In this document: one piece after another, positions 9,337 through 19,084 of the stretch
How positions within the stretch are numbered: position 1 is the first letter of the stretch
Layout: every line of letters starts with the position of its first letter
Source of the DNA: a virus
Virus record (IMG/VR): IMGVR_UViG_3300035660_000001
Span: 32,001 to 96,000 of that record
DNA length: 64,000 bases
Direction: 5' to 3' (one strand)
The notes under the pieces: generated by a model
Told to the model about the DNA's origin: nothing
Database searches by the model: none
The model's input: the letters and a program-made list of their open reading frames with translations, nothing else
Translations under genes and position numbers: made by a program

Positions 9337-10860
9337 ATGGAGAAGTTACTCTTAACCACAGTCTACGACGCCCCAGGCTTGCAGTTAGTTGAGCAGGATG
9401 CGCCTGGCGGTGGGGCTCGCAAGGTGATCATGCGAGGGGAGTTCGCTTTGGCGGACAATCCAAACAAGAACAACCGAGTGTACCCCCATGCGCTCTGGGA
9501 GCGTGAGATCTCGAGACTAAGACCGTTGATGAAAGATCGGAAGCTCTTCGGATGCCTGGACCACCCCGCCGATGGCCGGACCCGCCTGAACGAGGTCTCG
9601 CACATCATTACGGACCTCCGCTGTGACGGCGGCAAGGTCATCGGAGAGGCCGAAGTCCTGGATACCGAGCGAGGGAACAACCTCCGGAGCATCCTTAAGT
9701 CGGGTGCGAAGGTGGGGATCTCGAGCCGTGGATTCGGGTCGTTGGCCCAAGAGGGTGACACATTTAACGTGAACGACGATTTCAGGCTCCTGACATTCGA
9801 TGCAGTATCCGAGCCCGCTGATTCTACCTGGCCAGAAGAGATCATCTTTAACGAGGAGATGTTGATGGGAAATGACGAACTTCGGAAAAAGCTGGTCGAG
9901 GAGATTACGGGCAAGATGAAAGAGATGCTCCACGAGGAAGTCGCGGCAAGCGTTAAGCTTAATCAAGTCGCACCTCTTGGCGATCCGGTCGTGTCGGAAG
10001 CGGAGAAGGACAAGGCCGTTGCTTCGTTGAAGGCAGAGATCGAACGGGTCACCAAGCTCGCTAACACCTACCGCTCCGAGTACAAGAACCTGGGCTTCAA
10101 GCTCTTCCTGAATCAGCAATATGGCCGGAGTCCGAAGGCTGGGGCTCTCATGGCCGCCCTGGGTGACCTGGGGAGATTCTCGGATATCAACGAGCTGACC
10201 AAGACCGCCCAGCAGGTCGCCGAAGCGATGGGGATCGAGAAGACGGACGAGGTGGACGAGAAGGACAAGACGGATGCCGCCGAGACCAAGAAAAAGCTGG
10301 AGGTCGAGCTCACGGGCAAGAACGCCGAGTTAGAGCAGGCCAAAGGCGTGATCGCCAAGGCCCAAGAACAGCTCGAGGTCATCAAGCGGGGTGTGGGGGA
10401 GGCCGACGAGAAGGAAGCCGAACTTACGTCCGAGGTGTCCCGGCTGACGAGGGAACTGAAGGTCGCTCGTGGGGATGTGGAAATTCTCAGGAACCAGGTG
10501 GCCGTCGAGAAGGAGAGTGCCACGTCTGCGCTGGGACGTGCCAAGAAGGCGCAGTTAATGTTGGAAGCTGAGAAGCAGATCTCTCATCGGTCTGACGTAA
10601 TCAACCTTCGAAACAAGCTGGGGATGCTCGTCGAGTCTGGCGACGTCTCCACGAACGTGCAGTTGCGGGAGTGGGTCAACCGTTCCCCGGACACCCCCGG
10701 ACCCCTTCTCTCGAGGGTCCAGCAAGGCATGCGGAGAGGGGTCACGTTGCTGAACGAGGACGTCGTTCTCGAGACTCGCGGTACGGGTCGAGGGACGGCG
10801 ATCGAACAGCTTACGGGGATGTCGATGGAGAGGCTCGCCCAGTTATCGGGCGAAGATTAG
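9337..10860 (+). CDS. Prohead protease (T4 gp21-like) fused to coiled-coil scaffold
   Basis: NKNNRVYP, GCLDHP, VSH, GISSRGFGS, TFDAVSEP motifs; long coiled-coil C-terminus. Confidence 0.93.
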   Translation: MEKLLLTTVYDAPGLQLVEQDAPGGGARKVIMRGEFALADNPNKNNRVYPHALWEREISRLRPLMKDRKLFGCLDHPADGRTRLNEVSHIITDLRCDGGKVIGEAEVLDTERGNNLRSILKSGAKVGISSRGFGSLAQEGDTFNVNDDFRLLTFDAVSEPADSTWPEEIIFNEEMLMGNDELRKKLVEEITGKMKEMLHEEVAASVKLNQVAPLGDPVVSEAEKDKAVASLKAEIERVTKLANTYRSEYKNLGFKLFLNQQYGRSPKAGALMAALGDLGRFSDINELTKTAQQVAEAMGIEKTDEVDEKDKTDAAETKKKLEVELTGKNAELEQAKGVIAKAQEQLEVIKRGVGEADEKEAELTSEVSRLTRELKVARGDVEILRNQVAVEKESATSALGRAKKAQLMLEAEKQISHRSDVINLRNKLGMLVESGDVSTNVQLREWVNRSPDTPGPLLSRVQQGMRRGVTLLNEDVVLETRGTGRGTAIEQLTGMSMERLAQLSGED

Positions 10861-10916
10861 GTCGGCTATCTCGGATAGCTGATTGTCTTTACACTAAGCA
10901 CATAAGGAGTTAGAGC

Positions 10917-12362
10917 ATGGAACAGTTTCTGACAGCCTGGAAGACTCCCGAGGCCCAGGCCCTGATGAGCAAGTGGAACCGTCTCACGAAGTCGATCGTG
11001 GAGCCGTACCGGAAGTTCTGCGTTTCCCGGCTCCTCGAGAACGAGATGGACCACCTGATCTATCTGGCCAGCGCCGGGAGCACGACAACCGGAGATGCGG
11101 GCTACTACACCAAGCACGTGTTCCCGGTGGTTCGGAGGGTCTGGCCGTTCCTGATCTCCAACGAGATCGTTTCGGTCCAGCCTATGAACGCCCCTGTGGG
11201 TGCCGTGTCCTACTTCAAGGTCAAGTATGGGACCGAGAAGGGACAGACCACGAAGGGCACGGAGATGATCGCGAACTTCGACATGTATTACTCGTCGGAG
11301 ACCGTGAGCGGAGAGGCAGTCGGAGCGTCGACCGCAGGGTCGGGGGCCGACAAGCTTTTCACCGGATCGCTGAACTTCTCCCCCGTGAAGAAGGCGACGG
11401 ATGCCGGGGCCGCCGCTCCGATCATCACCGTCGTGACCAACGAGACGTCCCCCCGGACGATCAAGTATACCGACCCGAACGGGTCGGGTACGCTGATCGG
11501 TGACACCGCCGGGGCATCGGGGTCGATCAATTACACCAACGGCTACCTCTTCGTGACGATCCCGACCCTGGAATCGCTGAAGGTGGGCGTGGTGACCGCG
11601 ACCTACGAATACAACAGCGAGCTCAACACGGCTGTCCCGGAAGTGGACGTGGCCGTGGAGATCGCCGAGGTTCGTGCGCGGAGCCGCAAGCTCAAGGCCG
11701 TCTGGTCGACCGAGTCCGCAGAAGACCTGCGGGCGTTGCACGGCATCGATGTGGAGTCGGAGCTCGTGGCCGGGGTTTCCAGCCAGATCGGCTTGGAAGT
11801 CGACCGCGAGATCATCAACGACATCTACACCCACGTCGATGCGGTCGTGAAGTATGCCTGGGATCGCACCGTGCCGTCCGGCATCTCCGACATCGACCAC
11901 ATCCGTTCGATCCTAACCGTCCTCTCGACGGCGTCGAATGCGGTCCACAAGCGGACGCTCCGTTCGCCCGCGAACTGGATCGTGACCTCGCCCGACGTGG
12001 CGGCTCTGTTCGATCAGTTCGCGACGCACCAGCTGTTCCGGCCAGCGGTGGGTTCCGTTCCCGAGACCGGGGTGCCCGTGACCCCGCCTCGGAGACCCGG
12101 GATCTACTTCGCCGGGACTCTGCAGTCCAAGTGGGCGGTCTACGTCGACCCCTACTTCACCTCGACGAAGATCCTGATGGGCCTGAAGGGGGATTACTGG
12201 ATGGATGCGGGCTACGTTTACGCCCCGTATATCCCGATCCAGATGACCCCGACGTTCATGGACCCGTCGGACTTCGGGTTGAAGAAGGGCCTGCGTACCC
12301 GGTACGCCACGAAGCTGATCTACACCGAGTACTACGCCCTGGTGACCGTCCTCAACCTGTAA
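10917..12362 (+). CDS. Major capsid protein (T4 gp23-like)
   Basis: RLLENE, VSVQPM, ARSRKLKA.WS.E...DL...HGID.E, VYVDPY, AGYVYAPYIP, G...RY motifs. Confidence 0.97.
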   Translation: MEQFLTAWKTPEAQALMSKWNRLTKSIVEPYRKFCVSRLLENEMDHLIYLASAGSTTTGDAGYYTKHVFPVVRRVWPFLISNEIVSVQPMNAPVGAVSYFKVKYGTEKGQTTKGTEMIANFDMYYSSETVSGEAVGASTAGSGADKLFTGSLNFSPVKKATDAGAAAPIITVVTNETSPRTIKYTDPNGSGTLIGDTAGASGSINYTNGYLFVTIPTLESLKVGVVTATYEYNSELNTAVPEVDVAVEIAEVRARSRKLKAVWSTESAEDLRALHGIDVESELVAGVSSQIGLEVDREIINDIYTHVDAVVKYAWDRTVPSGISDIDHIRSILTVLSTASNAVHKRTLRSPANWIVTSPDVAALFDQFATHQLFRPAVGSVPETGVPVTPPRRPGIYFAGTLQSKWAVYVDPYFTSTKILMGLKGDYWMDAGYVYAPYIPIQMTPTFMDPSDFGLKKGLRTRYATKLIYTEYYALVTVLNL

Positions 12363-12395
12363 TCACGAGGGACTAGAGAGAACTCTAAAAGGAAC

Positions 12396-12510
12396 CTGGC
12401 GGGGCCGTCCAAAGCTCTGCGATAAGAAGGGGCCTGTAACACGGCCCCGCCAGTCTAAGAAAATCATCATCATGCTTCCCCAGAGACCTGCCGAAAACAG
12501 GGCTTGGGGA
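12396..12510 (+). promoter_or_regulatory. Structured intergenic element after the major capsid gene
   Basis: Perfect 13-bp stem 12396-12408/12441-12453; second hairpin 12477-12510. Confidence 0.55.
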
Positions 12511-12533
12511 TTCTTGTCTTTATAGGAGGGCTC

Positions 12534-12941
12534 ATGAGTAAGGTTCTGATGAATGCGATATCGGAACTCGAGGGTTTTCTGAACGCCAGACCGCCCGTGA
12601 CGTCCCAGCGGGGATCGGGATTCGATCAGGAAATGTCGGATCTCGTCGCGAAGCTCGCCACAGAGATGGCGATCAAAATAGAAGCCGAGAAGGGCGACTT
12701 CTATACGATGCTTATGGAGGCGATCGGGGAGCGGTGGGAAGGAGCCATGAAGAAGGCCGGGCTCAGAGACGATGTCGATATCCTGGCGATCACGGAGAAC
12801 ATAGTCGATTGGCAGGCCGAGCATACTCAGGGAGGCATGGAGGCCGCGCTCTATGGTGTCCTCGACCGGCTCATCTCGGCTTGCAAGGCTACCGCACAGA
12901 ATCCCGTCTCGATGGCGAAGCGGGCGGGCGTCACTTTATAA
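12534..12941 (+). CDS. Leader-bearing putative internal protein
   Basis: AGGAGG then MSKVLMNAISELEGFLN|AR. Confidence 0.65.
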   Translation: MSKVLMNAISELEGFLNARPPVTSQRGSGFDQEMSDLVAKLATEMAIKIEAEKGDFYTMLMEAIGERWEGAMKKAGLRDDVDILAITENIVDWQAEHTQGGMEAALYGVLDRLISACKATAQNPVSMAKRAGVTL

Positions 12942-12950
12942 GGAGGCTCT

Positions 12951-13379
12951 ATGGACTATCTTTTGAACGTCATTAACTCCTGCCTCGTATCCCTGTCCGG
13001 AGAACCCAAGAGGGTCCGTCTCTCGAGTGCCACAAGCCTCAAGGACGTCTACGGGATGGGGCGGGGCGATCTCAAGCGGACGAAGGAGGTCTACGAGTGG
13101 CGCGACTCGACGTGGTATTCCATCGATGAAGCCGCTCGGCGTTTTGAACAAGCTGGGATCACAGAATACAACGAGTTCACCCCGAACAGCATCCGAGCCC
13201 TGAAGCGGATCGACCCACAGCTCGAGGTCCAGCTTGCCCGGGAGGGATCGCCGTGCGTTTACGTCAGGAAAGATGGGGCAGACCTCGAAGCGATTTCCGA
13301 GATGATCGAGGACTCCAAGAAGGTCGGGGCCGACGAGGTTCACGTTCGGAACAACGAGATCCGCCTCTGGTGGGACTGA
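12951..13379 (+). CDS. Leader-bearing putative internal protein
   Basis: MDYLLNVINSCLVSLS; RLSS|AT. Confidence 0.65.
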   Translation: MDYLLNVINSCLVSLSGEPKRVRLSSATSLKDVYGMGRGDLKRTKEVYEWRDSTWYSIDEAARRFEQAGITEYNEFTPNSIRALKRIDPQLEVQLAREGSPCVYVRKDGADLEAISEMIEDSKKVGADEVHVRNNEIRLWWD

Positions 13380-13380
13380 C

Positions 13381-13743
13381 ATGAAGAACCTTCTCGAGTC
13401 TCTGCGGAGCCTTGCGAGATCCCTTACGTCGGGGAAGCAGATTCTAACTTCCGGCCTCGAGAAGCACCTTACGGAGATTCTCGATGACGCCGGAATCGAA
13501 CGGAGCAGGTACGACTTCGATTGGTCGGATATCCCTGGGATAACGGTTTCCACCCCGAAGGATGCCGACGCCCTCATGAAGGTTATCGATGCCTCCAGGG
13601 AGATCGGGCCGACGAGGTGGAACCGGAGGAAAAAGAAAATTGAGCTGGGAACCCATGAGTCGCTCTTTAAGTCGACGACGGATGCCAAGACGATGACCTT
13701 CGACGAGTACGTGAAGAAGTTCAAGAACTTCGAGGTCGACTAA
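13381..13743 (+). CDS. Leader-bearing putative internal protein
   Basis: MKNLLESLRSLARSLTS|GK. Confidence 0.7.
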   Translation: MKNLLESLRSLARSLTSGKQILTSGLEKHLTEILDDAGIERSRYDFDWSDIPGITVSTPKDADALMKVIDASREIGPTRWNRRKKKIELGTHESLFKSTTDAKTMTFDEYVKKFKNFEVD

Positions 13744-14010
13744 GTGGACCTGCTTCTGTCCTCCGTTGATCGCCTGGGAAGGCTTCTAATCAACCAGGAG
13801 ATATCGCAGGCGATCGCCCAGCAGGTGCTTGAGGATATCGCCCCGGACTTCGACGTCGATCCGGAGCAGTTCCGGATGGGGCTTGCGGACGAGCTTGAAC
13901 ACTACGACGTCACCGGCGGGGATCTCGTGACCACGGGGCAGATCGCCCTGGCGCACCTCAAGGAGCATCCCGACTACTACACCAGGCTCAAGCAAGCGGG
14001 ACTGGATTGA
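13744..14010 (+). CDS. Leader plus DUF5661-like domain
   Basis: MDLLLSSVDRL leader; QFRMGL..ELEH...IALAHLKE.PDYYTRL. Confidence 0.7.
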   Translation: MDLLLSSVDRLGRLLINQEISQAIAQQVLEDIAPDFDVDPEQFRMGLADELEHYDVTGGDLVTTGQIALAHLKEHPDYYTRLKQAGLD

Positions 14011-14327
14011 ATTGTCTCCTCGTATGCACACGGAGGGTCTGTTCAGCGGTCGATCTGGCTCCGGCGAAGGCAGTCAAGGCCGTGGCCTTCGAGATAGACG
14101 GTCGGGTCTACGAGGGAAGGCCGGGAGAGACACACGCCCGGCTGTTAGCCCGGCTTCCCGCCAGCGTGGTGGATCGGTACTACGATCTGATGGAGGATCC
14201 CGATGAGGCGGGTTTCGTCGACGGGTTCGTCATGAAGAACGGGGAGTTCCTTACCCGAGGGGACGTGATGGTGAGAACGGGCAAGCCTGGGGAGTCAACC
14301 GCTCTCGGAGTGTCTCCCCGGCGATGA
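14007..14327 (+). CDS. Leader-bearing putative internal protein
   Basis: MNCLLVC... leader; GRVYEG..GETH...DGFV...GEFLTR domain. Confidence 0.6.
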   Translation: MNCLLVCTRRVCSAVDLAPAKAVKAVAFEIDGRVYEGRPGETHARLLARLPASVVDRYYDLMEDPDEAGFVDGFVMKNGEFLTRGDVMVRTGKPGESTALGVSPRR

Positions 14328-14791
14328 ACGGCCTCCTCCTGTTGGTCGGACAGATCGGGGATGAGCTCCGGTTTCAGGCCCGGACTGTGAAGCGTTCAGA
14401 AGACGAGCCGGACAAGAGGGTTGCTGGATGGCCCAATGCCGCCCGGGTCCCGTCGAGGGTGGAGTCCAAGAGCGAGTTTGAAGAAATCCTCGAGATGCTT
14501 CAGGAGCTCGGGAAGTCCGGGGAGTTCGAATTTACGTCACGCTATGGAGACCTGGACGATATCCCGAGGACGATAGAATCCCTGAAGCTTCAAGGCCGTG
14601 CGAATCCAGCGAGAGTCGACAAGACCGCCCAGGACATCATCCAGCAATACAAGGCCTATGGTTTCCCGACCGACTTCTATGGAATTCAGGACATGCTCCG
14701 CGACGCCGACTGGCCGGACGATGCGATCGTCCACGTGTGGGAGCGGGTGCGGGAGCTCGGCAAGAAACAGGGCATTCACTTTGTGGAGTGA
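14324..14791 (+). CDS. Leader-bearing putative internal protein
   Basis: MNGLLLLVGQIGDELRFQ|AR. Confidence 0.65.
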   Translation: MNGLLLLVGQIGDELRFQARTVKRSEDEPDKRVAGWPNAARVPSRVESKSEFEEILEMLQELGKSGEFEFTSRYGDLDDIPRTIESLKLQGRANPARVDKTAQDIIQQYKAYGFPTDFYGIQDMLRDADWPDDAIVHVWERVRELGKKQGIHFVE

Positions 14792-14797
14792 GGAATT

Positions 14798-15184
14798 ATG
14801 AAAGACCTGCTCGGTTTGGTCAATGCCGCAATGCCATCTCTGGCTCCGATGTCTCCGGCCTCCCCGACGAAGGACGTGCCGGACGACGAGTCCCGGAGGC
14901 GGATGGAGAAGAGGGACAATGAGAAGAAGGATGCCGTCCGGTCGGGGCATCTAACCTCGTCCTTCACTTATGCGAAACCGGAAAGGCATTATGATGTCGA
15001 AGATCTCCGAGGAAATACGTCCGGCTACATCGGCGGGGCGAACGTAGCCCGGAAGGCCTCGGACGATGAGCTTATCCTGATCGCCCAGCTCAAGGACGAG
15101 GCCGCAGGCTTCGCTAACCATGCGAAGGAGTTCTCGGATCGGGCCGAGTCGATCATGAGAGACATCGAAAGAAGGAAGGGATGA
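14798..15184 (+). CDS. Leader-bearing putative internal protein
   Basis: MKDLLGLVNAA; GHLTS|S. Confidence 0.6.
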   Translation: MKDLLGLVNAAMPSLAPMSPASPTKDVPDDESRRRMEKRDNEKKDAVRSGHLTSSFTYAKPERHYDVEDLRGNTSGYIGGANVARKASDDELILIAQLKDEAAGFANHAKEFSDRAESIMRDIERRKG

Positions 15185-15411
15185 AAAACCTACTGAGTGC
15201 AGTCGAAGCCCTGCAGTCCAAGGTGGACGAAGCTGATTTTTTAAGAAAGGCGCAGGATGCCTTCGACAATACCGAAGCGGCGGCGGGCGGGCTCATTGGC
15301 CTTCAGGACCATTTCAAGAGGGACAGTAGCGTGAAGAGGGAGCTGGAGAGGGACGTCGAAGAACTCGATCGGATCGCCAAGTTCATTACCAAAATCGCGG
15401 GGGTGAATTGA
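15181..15411 (+). CDS. Leader-bearing putative internal protein
   Basis: MKNLLSAVEALQSKV. Confidence 0.65.
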   Translation: MKNLLSAVEALQSKVDEADFLRKAQDAFDNTEAAAGGLIGLQDHFKRDSSVKRELERDVEELDRIAKFITKIAGVN

Positions 15412-15412
15412 G

Positions 15413-16291
15413 ATGGATAACTTGCTTCAAGCGGTCAAGAACGTAGCCTCCCAGGTGGGCCTGCAGTCTGCACGTGGTGGCGTAGACGATGACACCGCCC
15501 GGAGGTGGACGCATTCCTTCTACGCCCAGTTCGGCGGCATCACCTTCATAGTCATGAAGGACGAGAGCCCGTATGTGAAGATGGGCGATACCCTTACGGT
15601 CTCCACGGGCGGGGTTGTTCCGGAGGACATCACGGGGCCCAACAGCTACGTTTATCTTGAGCATGAGCTGGGGAGCGAAGAGCAGTGGGAGCAGTTTAAG
15701 ATCACGATCCCCGATCAGGAGAAATACTTCGCCCGCAAGACGGTCGGCAGGGATCAGTGGCAACTCCAATTCATAGCCGAGAACCTCAGTAAGGGAAAGT
15801 ATGTCATCGATGACGACCACCCCGACCGGATCAAACGGGAGTTCATCCAGTTTGTTGAGAGCATCGAAGAGCAGGACGACGATGACTTGGAGGACTCCCG
15901 GATCAGGCGTGGCCGGAGGCTGAACTCGGCCAGGGGTGACATTTGGCTGGACTCCGACGATGAGGTGAAGGCCCTCGGGAACTACGCTGAGGGATACGCC
16001 AAAGCCTTAACCGATCCGGAAATGGTCGATGCCATCAAGGATGCTTACGGCGAAGCCGTAGGCAAGCTTTCCGATGAGCTGATGCCTCCGTCGAAGGGTG
16101 ATATCGGATGGTCGGGTCTGGCCGACGTGTTCTACTATATCCTGAACCGTCAGACGGGAGGGGAGAATGGACAGCTCCGCAGGATCAAGGAGTTTCTCAA
16201 GGGTGAATTGGATGTCGCCAAGCAGATCGCCAAGAACCCGAGAAAAATGTTCGATGAAGCGGGCGGGATTATCAAGCCGAGGGGAGAATAG
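15413..16291 (+). CDS. Leader-bearing two-domain putative internal protein
   Basis: MDNLLQAVKNVASQVGLQS|AR; internal RRLNS|AR. Confidence 0.7.
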   Translation: MDNLLQAVKNVASQVGLQSARGGVDDDTARRWTHSFYAQFGGITFIVMKDESPYVKMGDTLTVSTGGVVPEDITGPNSYVYLEHELGSEEQWEQFKITIPDQEKYFARKTVGRDQWQLQFIAENLSKGKYVIDDDHPDRIKREFIQFVESIEEQDDDDLEDSRIRRGRRLNSARGDIWLDSDDEVKALGNYAEGYAKALTDPEMVDAIKDAYGEAVGKLSDELMPPSKGDIGWSGLADVFYYILNRQTGGENGQLRRIKEFLKGELDVAKQIAKNPRKMFDEAGGIIKPRGE

Positions 16292-16294
16292 GTC

Positions 16295-16645
16295 GTGAAT
16301 AAGGAATTCAACGAAGCCTTCGGACGGTTGGAGCAGATTCTCTTCCCCGGAGTAGCCGCAGAGAAGAAGGGCGAGTTTCCTGGGGTGGACGTTACCGATC
16401 CGGTAGCTTCCGCTGTAGCCCCCGTCGAGACCAAGCAGGTCGTCCAGTCTGCCGGGGAGCCCTTGTTCATGTGCCAGGAGTGCGGGAAGAAGTTCTACAC
16501 GACAGCTTCTGCCGAGCGGGCGACGAATAACGGTTGCCCGAAGTGCGGGGGTGTGGATATTGACACCTACGTCAAGAGCTCGAAAATCGGGCCGATGAAC
16601 GATCTGGTGGCGTCTCTGCGGTCAATCGAAAGGAGCCTCAGATGA
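16295..16645 (+). CDS. Zn-ribbon protein with a C-terminal leader-like tail
   Basis: CQECGK...CPKCG; ends MNDLVASLRSIERSLR. Confidence 0.65.
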   Translation: MNKEFNEAFGRLEQILFPGVAAEKKGEFPGVDVTDPVASAVAPVETKQVVQSAGEPLFMCQECGKKFYTTASAERATNNGCPKCGGVDIDTYVKSSKIGPMNDLVASLRSIERSLR

Positions 16646-16911
16646 GAACCTTACTGGAAGCTATGCAGGCCGTCGAGACGGGACTAGTCTCCGCCCGGTC
16701 AACGGACACGTTGCGGGGAGACTTCGCCGTCCGGGCCGAGAAGTGCAAGGGCATCCTCGTCCAGGTCGACAAGCTCCTCGACCAGATTGAAAAGTATGAC
16801 CCCTACGGGGACATGATCGAGAACTTCGCCGATCCCGACGCGGACAGTAAGCGCGACCGGGTAACGACGAGGTTGATCGGCCAGATCAACGGAGACCTGG
16901 GACGTAAATGA
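16642..16911 (+). CDS. Leader-bearing putative internal protein
   Basis: MRTLLEAMQAVETGLVS|AR. Confidence 0.7.
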   Translation: MRTLLEAMQAVETGLVSARSTDTLRGDFAVRAEKCKGILVQVDKLLDQIEKYDPYGDMIENFADPDADSKRDRVTTRLIGQINGDLGRK

Positions 16912-17264
16912 GAACCCTGCTGGAAGCAACCCGGGCGGTCGAGCGGGGTCTGGTGCTCTCGGCATTTCCGAGGCCCTCGGACTCGGAGCTACAGCGGAAG
17001 TGCGAGGAATATGCGAAGATGGCCGAACAGTTTCCAGAGTTTATGGACGAGGCTTACTTCGGGGAAGCCATCTTTAAATCCGAGCTGGGCAAGGATCACG
17101 ATGTGGCGATGGAGGTAGCGGAGATCTTCTGGTGGGCTCTCAGGGAAACGCCTCTAGGGAAGGGGCTCATGAGGAGAATAAACAGCCTTTCCAAGGAGAT
17201 GGCATCCTTCTGGCGGGATCTACAATCGAACGTCGCTAGCTGGCGGTCCAAGACAGGTCAATAA
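16908..17264 (+). CDS. Leader-bearing putative internal protein
   Basis: MRTLLEATRAVERGLVLS|A. Confidence 0.7.
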   Translation: MRTLLEATRAVERGLVLSAFPRPSDSELQRKCEEYAKMAEQFPEFMDEAYFGEAIFKSELGKDHDVAMEVAEIFWWALRETPLGKGLMRRINSLSKEMASFWRDLQSNVASWRSKTGQ

Positions 17265-17272
17265 GGAGAATC

Positions 17273-18223
17273 ATGAATACCCTTTTGGAATCTTTGGACT
17301 CCCTCCGCAAGATGCTCGTCCTCTCGAGGTTTGAGGACGACCTGGAACCCGAAGAGGAAGATGTCTTCATCCAGGACACCCGGGGTGGCGGGACGGAAGC
17401 GAACCAGGGCGGGAAGACGATCGCTACCTTGGATGACGACTGGGACAAGTTCTACAAGGACATCCTGGGCTGGATGAATAAGAGCAAGTTCTGGCCGACC
17501 GTCTGGGTGGTCAGCGATCACGGGAACACGGAGGTCGACACCGACTTCATCACCTACTCGAGGAAGCACGGGGGGATGAGGGCCGCCGGGGTCGAAGGCA
17601 TCTACTCGAAGGTCGGGCCCACCGGCGACCTCGAGAGCCCTTCCTACCGGGAGGTCGACCATGAGTTCATGCGGATCGAAACCATGAGCATCCCAGCTCT
17701 CCGGACCCGTATCACGAAGATAGGGAAGCCGGAGAAGATGTATGCCTTTATCTACGCCCTCGAGAAGCAGGTCGACATCTACGGGGCAAATAGCCCGCAG
17801 GGTCAGGACTACAAAGAGCTGGCGGACTCAGCCCGGAACTACCTGAAGATCTGGGGCTACGACACGAGGGGCCGGGTCATGTCCGAGAAGCTCACCAACG
17901 CCGGGGAGGACCCGACGGCTACTCACAAGGAAGAGCTCTACACCCTGGCCGGGTTGATGACGGGGGCCGTCATGCCAGGCGATCTCCGGCAGGATATCCT
18001 CTCTGTGATCAAGGAGAAGGTGTGGCCGGAGATCGATGAGAAGGCCCGGATGATCAACAAGAGTAACCCGAAGGATTTGGCCCGGATAGCCGGAGACGCA
18101 TTCGAAGAGACGATGGGAGGAAGAACGTCGGCTTCCGGGGAGCTCGGCAACGCCCTTCGGTCCATCCAGGATGCCGTCGATGAAGTGTGGCATGCTCTCG
18201 CAAGAGAATGGGGGAAGAAGTGA
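17273..18223 (+). CDS. Leader-bearing multi-domain putative internal protein
   Basis: MNTLLESLDSLRKMLVLS|R; internal MRA|AG and LTN|AG. Confidence 0.7.
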   Translation: MNTLLESLDSLRKMLVLSRFEDDLEPEEEDVFIQDTRGGGTEANQGGKTIATLDDDWDKFYKDILGWMNKSKFWPTVWVVSDHGNTEVDTDFITYSRKHGGMRAAGVEGIYSKVGPTGDLESPSYREVDHEFMRIETMSIPALRTRITKIGKPEKMYAFIYALEKQVDIYGANSPQGQDYKELADSARNYLKIWGYDTRGRVMSEKLTNAGEDPTATHKEELYTLAGLMTGAVMPGDLRQDILSVIKEKVWPEIDEKARMINKSNPKDLARIAGDAFEETMGGRTSASGELGNALRSIQDAVDEVWHALAREWGKK

Positions 18224-18576
18224 TGGAGAATTTCAAAGAATCGGCTGACTGGCTGGGCGTTCTCTGCGGGGAGAGCGACGGGACGGAGATCGGGGACAAG
18301 CTGATGTCCGTCCGGGGTGGTGAGCCTGCGGCCTTTATGGACGACCAGGACCAGGAGAAGCTCGGAGAGACAATCAAGTGGGGCAAGGCCTCCGAGCAGT
18401 TCTTGGCGGAGCTGGCGAGCAACATCCGGTATGCCATAGCGTCCTACGATCCCAAGCACAAGTCGGAGATGGAGGATGTCGTGAGGCTTCTGCAGAAGGC
18501 CGCGACCGCTGGGGAGGAAATGTCGCATCAGGTCAAGAAGGCCGTGGAAATTCTCGAGAACAGGGACTGGGCTTAG
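18223..18576 (+). CDS. Protein with type-2 (LCGE) leader
   Basis: TGATG overlap; MENFKESADWLGVLCGE...KLMS|VR. Confidence 0.6.
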   Translation: MENFKESADWLGVLCGESDGTEIGDKLMSVRGGEPAAFMDDQDQEKLGETIKWGKASEQFLAELASNIRYAIASYDPKHKSEMEDVVRLLQKAATAGEEMSHQVKKAVEILENRDWA

Positions 18577-18584
18577 GAGGGATC

Positions 18585-19083
18585 ATGAGAGATCAGGTGA
18601 TCAAAGCCCTGCAGGCGCTCGAGGCCACGATGAAGAAGGAGAGCAACATCATCGAATGGGTTTCCACTACCCTGCACAATGATGAGGCGTCATCGGATTC
18701 CGAGATGGCAGACCATTTCAAGAAAGAAGGTAAGGTCTCCAACGAGACGGCCTGGGATTTTGTCAGGCTCCGACAGAAGGCACTGAAGGGCCGCGATGTC
18801 ACTTCCGAGATCGCACAGATCCTCGAGAGGGGGGGGTTGGCCGATGGGGAGCTCTCGAGAGGGGAAGCCGTTGGAGAGTGGTCTTAGGAACACGAAGGTT
18901 CTCATGAAGACCCTGATGGACGATCGGAGCAAGCCGAACCTGCAGTATGTGGAGGAGACCCTTTCAGACGGATCGAAGGCCTATAATATCATCGTCGGGG
19001 CTTTTGAATATGCCGCCAAAGACCGGGACGATGCGGATGCGGTCTACGAGGCGATCTACACCGCCGTGGGCGAGAAAGGATAG
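18585..19083 (+). pseudogene. Leader-bearing gene split by a G8 tract (18829-18836)
   Basis: Starts MRDQVIKALQALE; removing one G joins it to ...KPLES|GLRN...EETLSDGSKAYNI. Confidence 0.55.
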
Positions 19084-19084
19084 C

